64,000 bases of DNA from Bugula neritina (lineage: Eukaryota; Animalia; Bryozoa). The stretch's first letter is position 1. Each line of letters opens with the position of its first letter. The translations under genes and the position numbers were made by a program. The notes beneath the pieces were generated by a model. That model was given only the letters and a program-made list of their open reading frames with translations, was not told the origin of the DNA and made no database searches. Positions 36,901 to 50,900 of this stretch are shown one piece after another. The stretch covers positions 19,575,700 through 19,639,699 of the forward strand of contig OZ037768.1 of NCBI GenBank assembly GCA_964035545.1, in the 5' to 3' direction.

Positions 36901-39635
36901 AAAAGTAAGAGCACAAGCTGTTGAAAATATTTTTTGCAAACCTTAAGTATACTGCTTTATGTTCATTTACTAGTTTAATTTGATAGCTTCTTTTGTTAAA
37001 GAAGTTAGTTACAATAATACCCTTTGTAAAGTATTTACTTTTTTAGTCCATTATCACCTCACACTTTTCTTTTATTATCTCATGATGCAAAATTTTCATT
37101 AGGCTTTTGTTTGCTTTCTAAAGCAAATTATTCCTTGACTGGCCTTTCTATGGCAATTAGCTGATATTATGCATGTGAAGATAAAAAATATCCAATGTCA
37201 TACCCTTATCATACTCTGTGCTCAGTGCCCTGTAACTAATTAGTTATACAGAAATGCCTACTTGCTGCTACTAAATTAACATTGTCATATAGTCGAGCTG
37301 CATCTATTCCTGTTAATCAGCATCCCAATGGCAGCACATTATCACTTAGTTGATAGTATAACAATCTGACACACACTTTAATAGACTACTGTGATGAATG
37401 TATCTTTTTGACATTTTAGTTTTGAATTATAGTTATGTTACTAGTTGGCACAATGATTGCATTACATTCATGTTATTTAATACTCCTAAATTCACTAACT
37501 TAAAATCATCATTATTTCATATCTACTGCTTTCCATTAATGAGCCATTAAAATTGTATTTCTAAAGTTGCTTAAATCTATTGACATTGCCTAAGCTTTTC
37601 ATCTGCAGTCTCAATAAATAGTATTTAACGGTTGAAATAGTCTTCCAAATAATAATAATAATTATCTAGTAAGATTAGCTGCTAGATTAGTCTCTAAGTT
37701 ACATAGTTACTGGTTATTTATGCTAGGCTGACCAGTCCTGTCTATTCATTCCTAGCTCCTTTGTTGGAATTATTTCATTAAGTTACGTAATTTGGTAAAA
37801 CTAGTATTCTACCAGTAAGCATCCAAGCATCCGTAGCTAAACCCTACTCGCTAACTGATACCTCTGCACACATCTATGTACAGAGTATGCTCCATTAGAT
37901 AATTTTGAAAATTAATGTATATTTGGCAATACTGACCCGGCCCCACTCCCCTCCCCCCCCTATTTTGTTGAAGCGTAGGATTTATAGCTAATGAAAAAAC
38001 TTAGCCTTTGTATAAATTGCAGTAGCAGATATAAATTAATTTAAACTTACTTTATTTGTGTTTAGAGAAATTAATTATACTACTTGTTTCTAAGGTGAGG
38101 TTTTATTAGTTTGGCTTTCAATCTGCTATAGCAATGAATAAGACAAGTAGGTATGCAAGTCCAAAGGACTGTTAAGTTTGGTCGGTTAATGAAGCAAAAT
38201 TTAAATGAGTCTTGAAAATGGAATGAAGCTTTTCAATGCAACTACTCTCATAGCACCAATTTGATTGTTTTGTTAGATTAAATTTTTCAAGTGTTTATGT
38301 TTTATTCACTATTAAATGTAGAATTTTCTACTAACTATTTTAATTAATTAAAATAGTGTAGAAATTTAAGCAGTTATTCTGACCAAATCAGTAAGAGTTG
38401 GTTTCTATACCTGAAGTTTCACAGTGTAGTTGTGTAACGTATTTTTATCACTTGGGTATCTTTTTAGCTCAAGCAAGTCACCACCATTGTGCGATCAGAA
38501 TATAAAACTTCTTCCTCATAATTTAGACGTCCAAAACTCTTTCTTCCAAGCACACTTATTTAGTCATTTTCGGCTTTAGGATTAATAATCTGAATATAAA
38601 TATTAACGTGTTGAAACTCCATTTATTTTGTGGAAATATTTAATATAGTGACTGGCACTGCGTTTCATAGTTGTTGGTAACAATTAATAAATATTTTGTC
38701 ACTATTTTTTCTGGAGATGCGTTCTTAGCATGTATTTAGTAATTAAATTGTATTTAAACTATGGCTATGGAGATCACACAGAGCTGGCTATGTTAGCTGT
38801 TGACAGATATTATTTAATCGTTATTTCCTAATCAATAGAAAATTTATCTAGATTATAAGCAGATAAACTCTACGATAAACTAAAACACCATCTTGCTACA
38901 GTTTAATCACAGCTAGATGGGAAATATGCCTCAAACTACAACATCATATTCTGCACGTACTGCAACATAATCACATTTGAAAAGTTACAGTTAAACAATG
39001 CAATTGGGTATCATTTTATAAAGATGTTTTATTTGACTTCCTTTTTAAGGTGTCCGGTTAAGTTACAATATTATAATGTGAGTTACTTGTAAGGTATATG
39101 TGTGACTTGATTTAGACATGGACGATGTTAATATTCATTGTTTTTCCTAAATTTTCCCCAATTGATTCGTAATAATGCTGTCAATAACCAAACATTTATA
39201 GATAAATTTAGAGCTCAAGAATCTCCTTCTTTTAATTATGAAGGGCTTTGAAAAAATTAGTTTCAGACTGCTATGCATATAAATAAACCCTTTTCATTCA
39301 AAAAATCTTCATCCTTATCATGTGCAACAAATTTAATGATAAATTCCTGGAAATTGGCTCTACTCTACAGCCATTGCATGACTCATACAAAACAGTATGA
39401 AATGTCCAATTTTAATTTTTAGTGCAAACAAAACTTATAGCCTCTTCATGAAGCTGTCAGAGCTAGAGAAGCTGCTACATGTCAGCCAGTGCACTCAGCA
39501 GTTACCTTTTCACTCTGGTGCAACACAGTAACCAATGCAGTTGACTTAACATTGAACCATTACTCCACCCACCCTGAGCTATCGTGTTAGCACTTTTGCT
39601 TTTGCTGCTAAAATAGCATATAAATAAAACAACTA

Positions 39636-39844
39636 CAGTGCTCTCCCCATATCTCACGATTCCATTTCTCACAAAATCCTATAGGTCACGAGAAGGGCTT
39701 GGACCCCTTTTGTGGCTCATGTATGTGTGTATAGTAACAAAAAAGCCAAATTTACCAGATTCATGGAGTAAATCTAGTATTCTATACTGTGTGACTAATA
39801 GAGGTTTCAGACCCCAAGCTTAGTGAGATATGGAGGGAGCACTG
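39636..39844. mobile_element. Tc1/mariner-superfamily-type MITE, 209 bp (copy 2)
   Basis: TA|CAGTGCTCTCCCCATATCTCAC...GTGAGATATGGAGGGAGCACTG; shares the internal GAGAAGGGCTTGGACCC with copy 1. Confidence 0.9.
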
Positions 39845-42800
39845 TGTAAAAAATTAGTTCAAAACATACTGAAAACAAATCAGAAACTTGCATGATCTCT
39901 GGACACAGCTAGTTATACAGCAAGCTCATCACAACTAAGCCTGGATGTTGCAATACTTGACAATAAAATTTGCGGCCTATACTGGCTGTAGGAAGATTCA
40001 AAGTGAGAGCCACATTTGAAGAAAATATTTCGCTTTCAAAAATAATGCTTTCATGGTAGGTTGTATATCGAAAAGTGACATAAACGTGTTGTTAACTGAA
40101 ACTTTTTCAACTCTCAACACTAGAACCCTGTTTTTACACTTAGTAAAACAGGCACAGAACTAATGTTGAGTTTCTCTATATGTCAGGATTTGCAGCTACT
40201 AATAAACTGTCTTGTCTTTTTGCAACTATAACATTGTGAACATACTGATATCTAAACCTCTGTCACTAGACTATATTATAATTTAGACTGGTAACCCTTA
40301 GTTATCAGTTGTCTGCTAATTGCTCAGCCATTAGACCCAGTCTATACAATAAAGCATATAATTTGATTTACAACAATTAGCAATGGTTATAATTAATTCT
40401 AAAGCAAATCACATTTGCATCAGTTGCTGCTACTTGAGCTAAATAAATGCTGCGCTATATAATAAGATTATAAATAATAATCAGCATGATCATATGTGGG
40501 TGAGCCTTTCATCCCTTGGCTCTAATGCTTCAAAACATACTAATTTAAATCAATATCAGCTTAATTTTGACCAGTCTTAGTTACAATTCCTCTGGCGTCA
40601 GCTGTTCCAGCCGGCTGACCTGGCCAGATAGATGAATTATAGGATGTAGTTAATTTATAAACTATCCACTCTATAGTATAGCTATTTCGTGCTTTTATGT
40701 TTCAAATCTACTGTTTTATCAGCTACTTTTAAAATACATAAGCTTTCCAGATTGAAACTAACAAACTATAGGAGTTATGTTACCTTGTAATTATATAATA
40801 TGGGTCTGCCTAAAATATGTTGACTATACATGGCAAATGAGCGATTTAGTCATAAGACACACTATATAGGGCAATTAAAAGATATCTGAAAGTTGGCCAC
40901 ATTGCATTTCTGTAGGAATACCCTAAAAGCAGTTAAAGTAATAATGTTGCATAAAGGTCAAGGTTAAGATCTAGTCAAGTGCAGTGTTTATTTTTAGGCA
41001 AGGTTAAATATTCGGCATTTTGTCAACATTTAAGTCAAAATATTTGGTTTAATGTAAAAACTTCTGCTGCGCCTATAACAGCTTTTGTTAAAAATCCTTT
41101 AAATATCATGATGATGCAAACCATGAATGAAGAAATCTCAGGGGTTCCATCAAGTGTGAGTAAATCAAGTCATTTTATCATTCTTTGGGTGTAGGTTTTA
41201 AATATAATAGCAACCATTACTCTATAACTCTGTAACACATCAAATACCACCTTATCTCATTTACATGTAAAGTTCTTACTTGTAAAAGTTGCTGCTATTT
41301 AGAATTAGAAAGGCAAGATATCTAGTTTAATTTAACTTTTTAGGTCAATTAATACTAAATATTGTTCTGTCCACACTGTAACTTAGAGCTGCATGGAGAG
41401 TACATTAGGCAGTGCCCTCTTATGCATATAAAATACATCGGGTCAACTTTTTGGCAAGTTTCCTTCCTCTGACACCAGAGAGTGAGATCTCTAAACAGAT
41501 AACTTATCATTACAACCCCTCAAATTCTCTGTAAGGCAAAACACTAACGCAATTGATTGCCAGAATGATCATGAATTAAATTACTTGCATTTGTTGCTAA
41601 TGAATGGAGTCAATCACTTGATTTTATATAGATAATTCTTGGAAGATTCTAATTTTTTAGCTGCACGGCAAGAAATGCTCCGTTAAGCAATCGAATAGCA
41701 GTTTCACATTCTAAGTTTCAATTTTTCGTTATTTAAGAAGATTAACTAAAACAGATTCTGGCATTTTGTTAATGATTTTAATGTTCTTTTATCATACTCC
41801 TACTTCTGTATAATGCATGCACTTCCTTGTGCTCTGTTTCATACAACAGGCGATACTAGTAAAGAACACTTAGTGATGTTGCACTGTTGATGAAACTCAT
41901 TTGACACTACTGAATCCACTGTCCTTAATTCTAGCCTAAACATCATAATTATCTTGCTATTAATAGATGACTTGGGTGGTACTTTGGGGCACCCCATCCT
42001 GTTATTACTGAAGCATTTAAACATGAAGAATAGTTAAAATTCAGCTGAAACAGACCAAGTGGTCTATACCTTTTGTTTTATTCCTGGTCCAGTAATCAGC
42101 ATGGTGTCTGACCAAAACCTTATTAACCCATAATTATCTTGCATAAACGCTAAACTTTAAGAATTAGAAATTTAGTTTAGGCTTTTACTGGGGCTTTTAA
42201 ATATATGAGCCAATGTTTGAAAAGGAATTACTAGGAACAAAAGGGTGCCATTGACTATAGGCTCATTGTAATTCAATGAATAGGATGTATAATTAGCTAG
42301 GAGTTGCAGTAATCTGCTACCCACCTATTATATCAAACATTACAGTCATTTAGAAATTGTAACCAGTAGTGCTTAGAAGTATAGAATTATTAGCTAATTC
42401 TTTGCCAGTATGTGTCATCACACTATACACCATGAAGTGGAGGAGGAAAATTGCTGAATGTTGGGTTCAACCTGGTGGACTTTTAAATAAATAGATCTGA
42501 TTGCCTGAAAAAGGTGAGGTTGAAAACTGACAGAATGAATAATTAGTGTCCTAGAGTTACCACATTTTTATTTCTAATGCATGTAATACTAATTACTGCT
42601 AGAAGTTTATTAATGAGTTTAATATGAATGCTAATTAGTGTTTTTATCTTTTTGATACTTTCTTGCATTTTTCTGTGTAGGGAGTTAGAATGAGGAAGGG
42701 TGGAATTTGATGTTAGCCATCTTATGTGCAGATTTTCTGTTCCTTCAGACATGTCTTTCTGACTAAATAAGTTTAATTTAAGTACGTTACCTAGCAGTAG

Positions 42801-45800
42801 CAGAATTATAAAGGTGACTGTCATTCACCAAGCGAACCGTTTACGCTGCCCTAACTTAGACAGTGTAGAAGTTTACTTTTGAGTTTTGATCTGCCAAAAT
42901 AAAATATGCTGTATAACTAAAAGTAGACTAATGCTTCAACTATAGCTACTGGTAAAATCTTGAGCATATTTTCTAGCTGTTTTAATTTTTAAAGCTATTG
43001 AAGTAATTAAAAAAATTTTTTTTACACATTCTTCTTATTGTAAGAAGTGAACTTTTTCACTTTTTCACTTCGTTTTAAACAATCCTTTCCATCAGGGGTT
43101 CTCACAGGAATAGTGAGTATAAACTTGCTTGGGTTTTTTAAGTCACTGCAGAGCTACTAGTTTATTTTTATTAAAAATATTTTTTTCTTAAAAAATTATT
43201 TGAGTGGAGGGGTTTGTACTTCACTTTATCAGTTGGCCAAGCAATGAAATATCTCTACATTATAAGATAACAATTAACAGTAAACATGGTTTTATCAAAA
43301 ATATGACATCACATGACAGCCAAATAGTAATAGCAATAGTCTAATGTTGGACAATATGAATTATCAACATTATAAATTAAAGCATCTGCTCACTAGGTTA
43401 AGTCGTGTGGACTTTCAAAGCTTCCATTATGTGCCACCCTTGCAATGCTTGTAACAGGTTGGTTATCTATAACAAAGATAGCAGTGCATGTAATATTACT
43501 GGCTGGGCTAATTTCAACCTGTTAATTATAGCGAAGGATCATGGGTAGTTCAGTATTTACAGGCATTCTATATTTGGTGTAATTACTTGCTGTGTGACAG
43601 ATTGATAAGGCTCTAGCACAAGTAGATAGCTAGTTTTGCAGGTAGGAGTGTCAAACCTTAGCACCACGCTGAGAAATCTCTTACACTGTAATCACTACTA
43701 ATTAACTACAATTGTCCGCAGCAATGGATGCTGTCATCTCACACCCTGCGACAGCAGTTTGTGTTTTTAAAGTGGATATTTAGATCAACTGCTTTAGCTG
43801 CTTTCTAAGCTGGTAAGATATTTAGTTTTTTTTTATAAAAAAGTGTGCAGAAATGTCATATTTTCAATGTCATCAGTTTGATGTGACAGAATTGATGACT
43901 TTTTAACGTCTCCTTACAAGTTTGCTGTTAGTATTTCTATTTTCAAGTTGTAAAGTGTTTTGCATAGCTTTGAGGTTTTGACTGTTGGCTTGGTGTAAGA
44001 TATTTTGCTTTCAACTTAAATTCAAAAGCATGAAACTTTACATGCTGGAGCATGCTGGAGCATGTCACACTAGCATACCTTCTTGTTCTCCATAGTCTGC
44101 ACTGTAGTCTGCTAAGACTGCTAAATATAGTTTCAAGCTTGTGTTAATGTTGAAAGACTTGCTTAGCAAAGATTAGTTTTGTTTAATGCTTCTGATAAAT
44201 ACAAACAAACAACATCTTCCTACAATAAGCGTATTAGGCAGCCAACACTACACCAAGCTTTTAGGAAATTGTAGAAACTCTGGTGAAGTAATATGTAATG
44301 AATATGATACAATAATGTATAATCTTAAAAGCTTGGACTAAGGATTGAGCAACACTGCTAGCTGAAAAAGTGGTTGGGGTAAAAGTTGAACATCGTGAGT
44401 GAATACTGACATAAAAGTACACATTTTAGAGGTTAAACACTCTAGAAATTAAATTAGCTGCTACCCAATCTAAAGTTGATATAAAAGTTTGATTTTTCAG
44501 GAACTTCCTGGAGCCACGTGATTAAAAACTTATAAAATATAGAAAAATGTTAGAGTTTTAGGAGTTTTAGAAAGTACTGTAGTCTAGCTTTCACTTTCAG
44601 CTTTCAAAATCCGCATAATTCATTAATCCAATTTTCAATCCACCCCTTGCACATTATCCACCCACTGCACACCTGAATGTTAAGTAAAATATCTTTACCC
44701 CTGCACTTTAAATCAACTCACTCCAACCCTGCAAGTTAAATCCAGAAACTTAGGTTCACTAGAAGGGATATAATCAGTGCACCCAGCTAGTCACATATAA
44801 AGTGCATTTTAGTTGTTCCCTTGCATCTGTTGAAGGAGTCACTATCACTTTGCTGTAAGCACTGCGTAATAGTTGGGGTGGGATGAAAGGTTAGGAAACT
44901 TAGCAATGAAATACATTCACAGAGCAGTCTACATTCACACTGCTTCCAATAGGAGATAAGAGTTGTCAGAGATGTGTAATGAATTCAGTTTGTACCAGCA
45001 GCTCTGAATGACTGGGGTACATACTACCATTATTCAATAAGGTTGGGTTGGTGACCTTGCCCTCCCACAGCTTGCAAATATAATTATCGTTATGCATTAG
45101 GCTAAATGCTTTGCTTTACAAGGGCTAATAAAAGCCATTTAATGACTCTAAAGATAATGGCAACTAATTAAAAGTCCTTCATCATTGTATTGGCTCAGTT
45201 ATCTGTGTAACTGTCATTGCAACTTATCACTGGGACATCAGCCATTTGTGAAAACCTGTTGAGGTTATTCAATGATCCCAGTCTAAACGTTTTAAGTTAT
45301 TTACTACCAGCCATAAAAGTTTGTATAGTTCACACAGACACTAAAATCAGGACTGGCCTAGTATATCAATAATTATATTAGTAAAGCTATTAGATAACAA
45401 GCAGGCTTTTGACCTATTACTAACGTGGGACATTACTGTTACTAATTAACTCACTGTCAATACATGCACCCTGCTACTGACGTTTATATTATAGCTGCAT
45501 ATTATCATAGGCAATGTTTTTTCATTATTGCCCAAGGCAGCAATGCCATCTGATTTAAAGCTAATCAAATTTATATTTCACTGAATTTTATAGCTGTATG
45601 AGGAATATAGAAATTGGTATTGAGTAGTTCTGGTTGTTAACTTGCTGAAAGCTGCTTATGGCTTTCAACTGTTGCATTGATGCCCCTGGCCAAGCTTTCC
45701 ATGTTGGTTGATGAATCAAGACACTATTAGAGATAATCAAACGTAAAAACAAAGTTTGAAGATAATTTATTTTGGTTTGCATTTTCTTAAAGAATGAATA

Positions 45801-47958
45801 GAGATGCTACGTGAGGTTATGCCTCTATTCTATCTTCTATTGTTCATAACTAATTCAAATTTTAAGCATCTAGCTAGTGTATTAACTTCTTAACTTCACT
45901 TGAATAACTCTTGAATAATAGATGTTTAGAATGTTTGGCAAATTTAATCTGAGCTTGTGATCAGTGACATTGCTGCTTTTGTCTTAAAACATCATGCATT
46001 CGCTTATCACTAACGTGTAACTTCTCATGTATTAATTGTCAGTTTATGGGAAAGCTGAAGCGCCTACAGCCAGTATGTTTGTTTCAAAAGCTCCAGTCGC
46101 TTTGGTCGAGTTACTTTTGCTGCTACTCGCCAACCATTCCCTTATGATATATTTAAATATTAGCATTTCCCAGCAAAAAATAAGGTTCTGAAGGTGATAA
46201 TCTCTGTGAGCCTGGTGTCTAATTGTTATATGATTGGTCCACTGTTTCATCAACATCCTCAGCCATCCAACATGTCCTAGTCTATCTCCGCTGTCCCATC
46301 TTCCAGGTATTGCTAGATTGAATTATTTAGATTAGTGTTTGGCTACCAATTAAGACTTTCACATTCTTGACAACTGCTAGGCTAATCCTTCCGTAGTAGT
46401 CTAATAAATAAGTCACACATAAGCTGCAGCACCGGCAATTTCATAGGTGCCAATGTTTAACCAACAAGCAAATTCTAGGTTATCTCAATAAACTGGTGTC
46501 TCAGGTAAATTAGTGCTCTGGCTATAATTAGCTTCTTTAACAAGCAAGAAGTTTAAATCTCACTGTAACTCTAGCATAGCTAATTAGAGTCCTAATCAAA
46601 CATGAAACTTCAGTCTTAGTCTGAAATTCTCAGTGGTGACAGACAATCTCTGTACTACACCCACAGCATTAATTAAGTCACTGGTAATTATATTTGGCTA
46701 AACCACTTGTAGTGTATGTGTACAGTTGGCTGACAAAGTAGAAAAGTAAACTTAGGTGTTATAGATTATGTAGGTTTAGAGACCTAATCAACTATCATCA
46801 TTTTCTGTGTACCTATGCAATGTTTGGTTTGATCTCCAAATTTGACTGCTTGGGAAAACAGAGACTTAATAGTCAAGAGGCAATTAAATGTTAGATTTGC
46901 TTAGTTAATAATTTAAAGTCAGCATTACATAACTCTACCACAAGATGCACTCTGATTACCAGACCAGGCATCACCAAGTCTGTACATGTTGACTCTATGT
47001 CACATAATACAAGCATTTTCTTTCTAGTTATTGTCTTATATTATTTCTAAGGATTTTGATGTAAGATTCTTGAACTGATAAAGCTGAATTGTTTCATCTA
47101 GGCTTGCACTGCATGCAATCTTGTGATCACACAGCCTTCTGTGTCTTTCTCGGTGTAATTAACTCTTTTCTTCTTTTGTCCATTGGGTAACATGAGAAAA
47201 GCAATTAATAGCAGCTTTTCACTCCCTCTTCATAAGAATGCCATGGATTGAATTAAGTCTCAGAGTTCTCGTACATCATTATCTTATAAATGCATGGATG
47301 TAAGAGTGTGCAGTGACAGTCATTAACGTGATGTAATGGTGTCTTATGACATTACTATTATTATACACCACAATACTAGCTTTCATGAAAAGAAGATATT
47401 ATTAATATGAAGCCTTGTTGCCACTGTTCTAATTGTTAAGTAAGGGCGTGCAGTTAGGGGGTATTGAGTCTGAGCCTTAACGGACTTTTAAAATCCTGCT
47501 AGCGATAATTATTATCTCAGATAAATGAGTTGCTTGTTTGAAGTGATTCTTGTTCAAATATCAATGTATTGCTATGTCAGTATAGTTAAAGTTGTAATAC
47601 TCATTAGGTTGCAGTATTTGAAGTTGTTAGCTGGTAGCCACTGACAGTAATTTTCAGTAATTATAGTTTTAAATATTGCTATTCATTTTAGTTAGCTGTC
47701 ACATCAAACTTCTCAAAATCAATACTTTTCTAGTTGTATCAATTATATAACAGGATGAGCCTGTCCATTTTGCCGACAAAATAATTAACTAAAATCTATG
47801 AAAGCTAAATTTTGCGTAAAGATGGTTGAAATTTCAAAAGATAATTAAAACTCTTTTAAGAATAAAACTTACACTTCCTTATTAATTGTATGCTGGCATT
47901 TGTTGGAATTATGCTTACATTTTTTAAGAACTCAAGCATTATTGTAGATTTGGCGAAA

Positions 47959-50900
47959 ATGGCATTCTGTAGCCAGCAACAAAAATCTAAAGATGCGATT
48001 GATGAGATAGCTACTACTGCATTAGACAATGACAACAATAACAGTTTAGGACCACTTCTCAATGTTGCCAAACACCATCGAATGTTTGCAGAAAACAATG
48101 TTATGAAGTCTGACCCTGCTACTCCTCTAACTATTAATGGGTCTAGATGTCTGGCTAAAGCAAAAAGTTTAGATCAAACAATTAAAACTTTAAAGCAGAA
48201 TGCTGATGCCTCTCTTTTGGCATTAAGAAGTAATGACTATTACAATGAAAAAGAATCCAATTGTCCTGGCGATGTGCTAAGTTACTTGAGACAACAAGCA
48301 GCAGAACCAATCCACAACAGATCCAGCTATCAAAAACCCAAACTAGGTTCAGAGCTAACTGCTGACATCGTTTGCAATGAAGACGGCACGGCTTACATTG
48401 TTCCTAGTAAACTATCATCTAAACTCTTAAAACCTGGTGGTGCTCTTATTGAGCCTGGGAATGCCGCGTGTCCTCCATTTCCTACATCATTAAAACAGCT
48501 AACCTATTACAATGAACGATGCTTTCCTCCAAGAGCATTTTCATACTCGATTACAAATCTACAGGAGATATGTCAGAGGAGTTTTGAACCTTCATCCTCT
48601 TCCGTTCTCTATGTCTGCTGCCCTTGTAGGCTCACTTATCAGTTTTTGGAGCAGCTCTTAGAGCATGGTAAAACAGTTCATAACTTAACCTCCACTCTTC
48701 CTGAACAAGAACTCTTTCCCAAGCTGTCAGCTGTGATTCAGAAGGTTAGTGACCACCCACACAGCCTCAGCTTCTTAAAGGAAGATATTTTTACTTCCTT
48801 TGAAGCCTTGACACTATGTGGCAAAGAAGCACTAACCAACGGCTCCAACAGTGATTCCAGCAGTAGAAAGTCTTCAGCTGCTACTTCTACACCGCCTTTG
48901 CCAACCAATGGCTTACCTTCTACTAGTAATGGTAAAGCTAATGCTGCTTTCTGTGATGATCATCCTGAAGGAGGCATTGAGTGTCCCAAATGTGACTTGG
49001 TGCTCAGTTCGACCAGATCACTAGGAGGTGGGTACTCATTTCTAGGTCTTCAATGTCACACCATGTCCATCAAACTCATTTAATGCATAATATTCAATCA
49101 ATAGCTACAATCATATATTCATAAAACTTCAAGAATATTTTTTTGATTCAAAAATTGATTAAAAATGGTTTGTTTTTGGAGTTATATATATAAAATTTGC
49201 TGAATGCATCTTTCTTGATCTGCATTGTCTTTTTTAACATTTATGCTGCCATAGTTTCTAACTAACACACGGAGTCTCATTTAAAAATAACTTTTATTCT
49301 ATACAACATTAGGCCACATGACAATGATGCATTCAAGAAACTCTTGCAAGAAATTGAAATGTCCCAAGTGTAACTGGCACTACAAGTACCAGGAAACTTT
49401 GGAAATTCACATGAAAGAGAAACATCCAGAGACAGGTTACAGCTGCCAGTACTGTATCTCCAAATTACCTCATCCCAGACTGGCTAGAGGAGAGACCTAC
49501 AGTTGTGGCTACAAGCCCTACAGGTGGATATAATGGTTAATCAATCACCAAGTTTATGATTACAGACCATGGTATTTTTAAACTTAGGTTTGGGAGGCCA
49601 GTTTGGCTAGAAGGGAGAAGGCTGGAAGTATCACACTTATAAAGTTCTTGCCCAATCAGTGAAAACTTCTACTTTATGTTTCTTAAGCTATAATAAAGCC
49701 TGAAAAAAGATGACTCTTGACATTAATATTCGCCGTTGAAATTCACGAAGACAAGTAAATAAACCACCCTGTTGAAATAGAAAAAGTCTTGCCCTAATCA
49801 TAGATACTCCACTGGCCTTGATTAAATGTTTAATGTAATTTTCAATTAACAAAATAAAATTATACTTGCTCAAAACTCCTATTACATAGCTAATCATTAT
49901 TGGTCAATTGAAAAAAAATTAGTGTTACCAATTAATAATATGGCAGTTTGTACTATTCAATAGCAATAATTTTGCAATTTGAACTATGGCCTAACATCTC
50001 TACATAATAAAACTAAGTTCAATCGACATGTAATTCTTAGGTCTTTGAGTTTATATGTGTGAATGTCTATGATTTTTGGAGCATGAGATTCCTGTTTTTT
50101 AGATGTGAAGCTTGTAACTACTCTACAACTACCAAGGGCAATCTGAGTATCCACATGCAGTCAGACAAGCACATAAACAACACTCAAGAACTCCAAAACT
50201 CTTCTAAACAGCTGAAAGATTCTGTCTCTTCTGCTAGCTCCAATAGTCTCAGCCTTGAGACCTCTACCTCTCAACCAGTAATTTATTTAAACATTTACTG
50301 ATATATTTAGATATAAATTAGATTTAGATCTAATATTTAGATATAAATTAGGTTTAGTTTTTTCTTATTGATTTCAAGTTTAGTTACCTAAAAAATCGGT
50401 TAAACTTTACTTACCAGATATTTATCACTAATGATAGTATTTGAATGTATTAAATAAGGTTCTGCTGGTTTTTAGTCTGGTTATAGGTTTACCCTTCTTG
50501 AAAATCTCTATTAGGTATTTTTTACAATTTTATTTAAATAGACTTGAGCTTGAATATATGTAAGTTCAAATTACAATACTAGACATAGTAGAGCACAATA
50601 TTAGTTGTGTTAGATTAATAAAATATTCATAAGACTTTAATGCACAGGTGATATAATAATTAGCCTACCTGTGCCAGTTTTTGAGATCATATTTTTAAGA
50701 TGTCACATTTTACCTTCTAGGTTAAGGACAACATGGCAATGAGTACAAGTATCTCCAGTCATAATGTATTATCCAATCATAAGCTCCCGACATCAGTGAA
50801 CTCCGTCAGTAAACAACAGAAATGCCCAAAAACCCAATACTATAGGTGTGAGATTTGCAAGTATGAAACAAACATAGCCAGGAACCTACGAATCCATATG

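Noticed and set aside
37941-37960. C-rich tracts as G-quadruplex elements (also near 3777, 53384, 61232)
   Set aside because: Short homopolymer-like runs with no supporting context.
39638-46256. Short 60-93 aa ORFs upstream of ZFHX
   Set aside because: No recognisable motifs or splice-consistent chain; one lies in a MITE, and the lengths fit chance ORFs.
47890-47958. ORF-track N-terminal extension of ZFHX (MLAFVGIMLTFF...)
   Set aside because: It lies mostly upstream of an acceptor at 47947 and is probably intronic; the ATG at 47959 is preferred.
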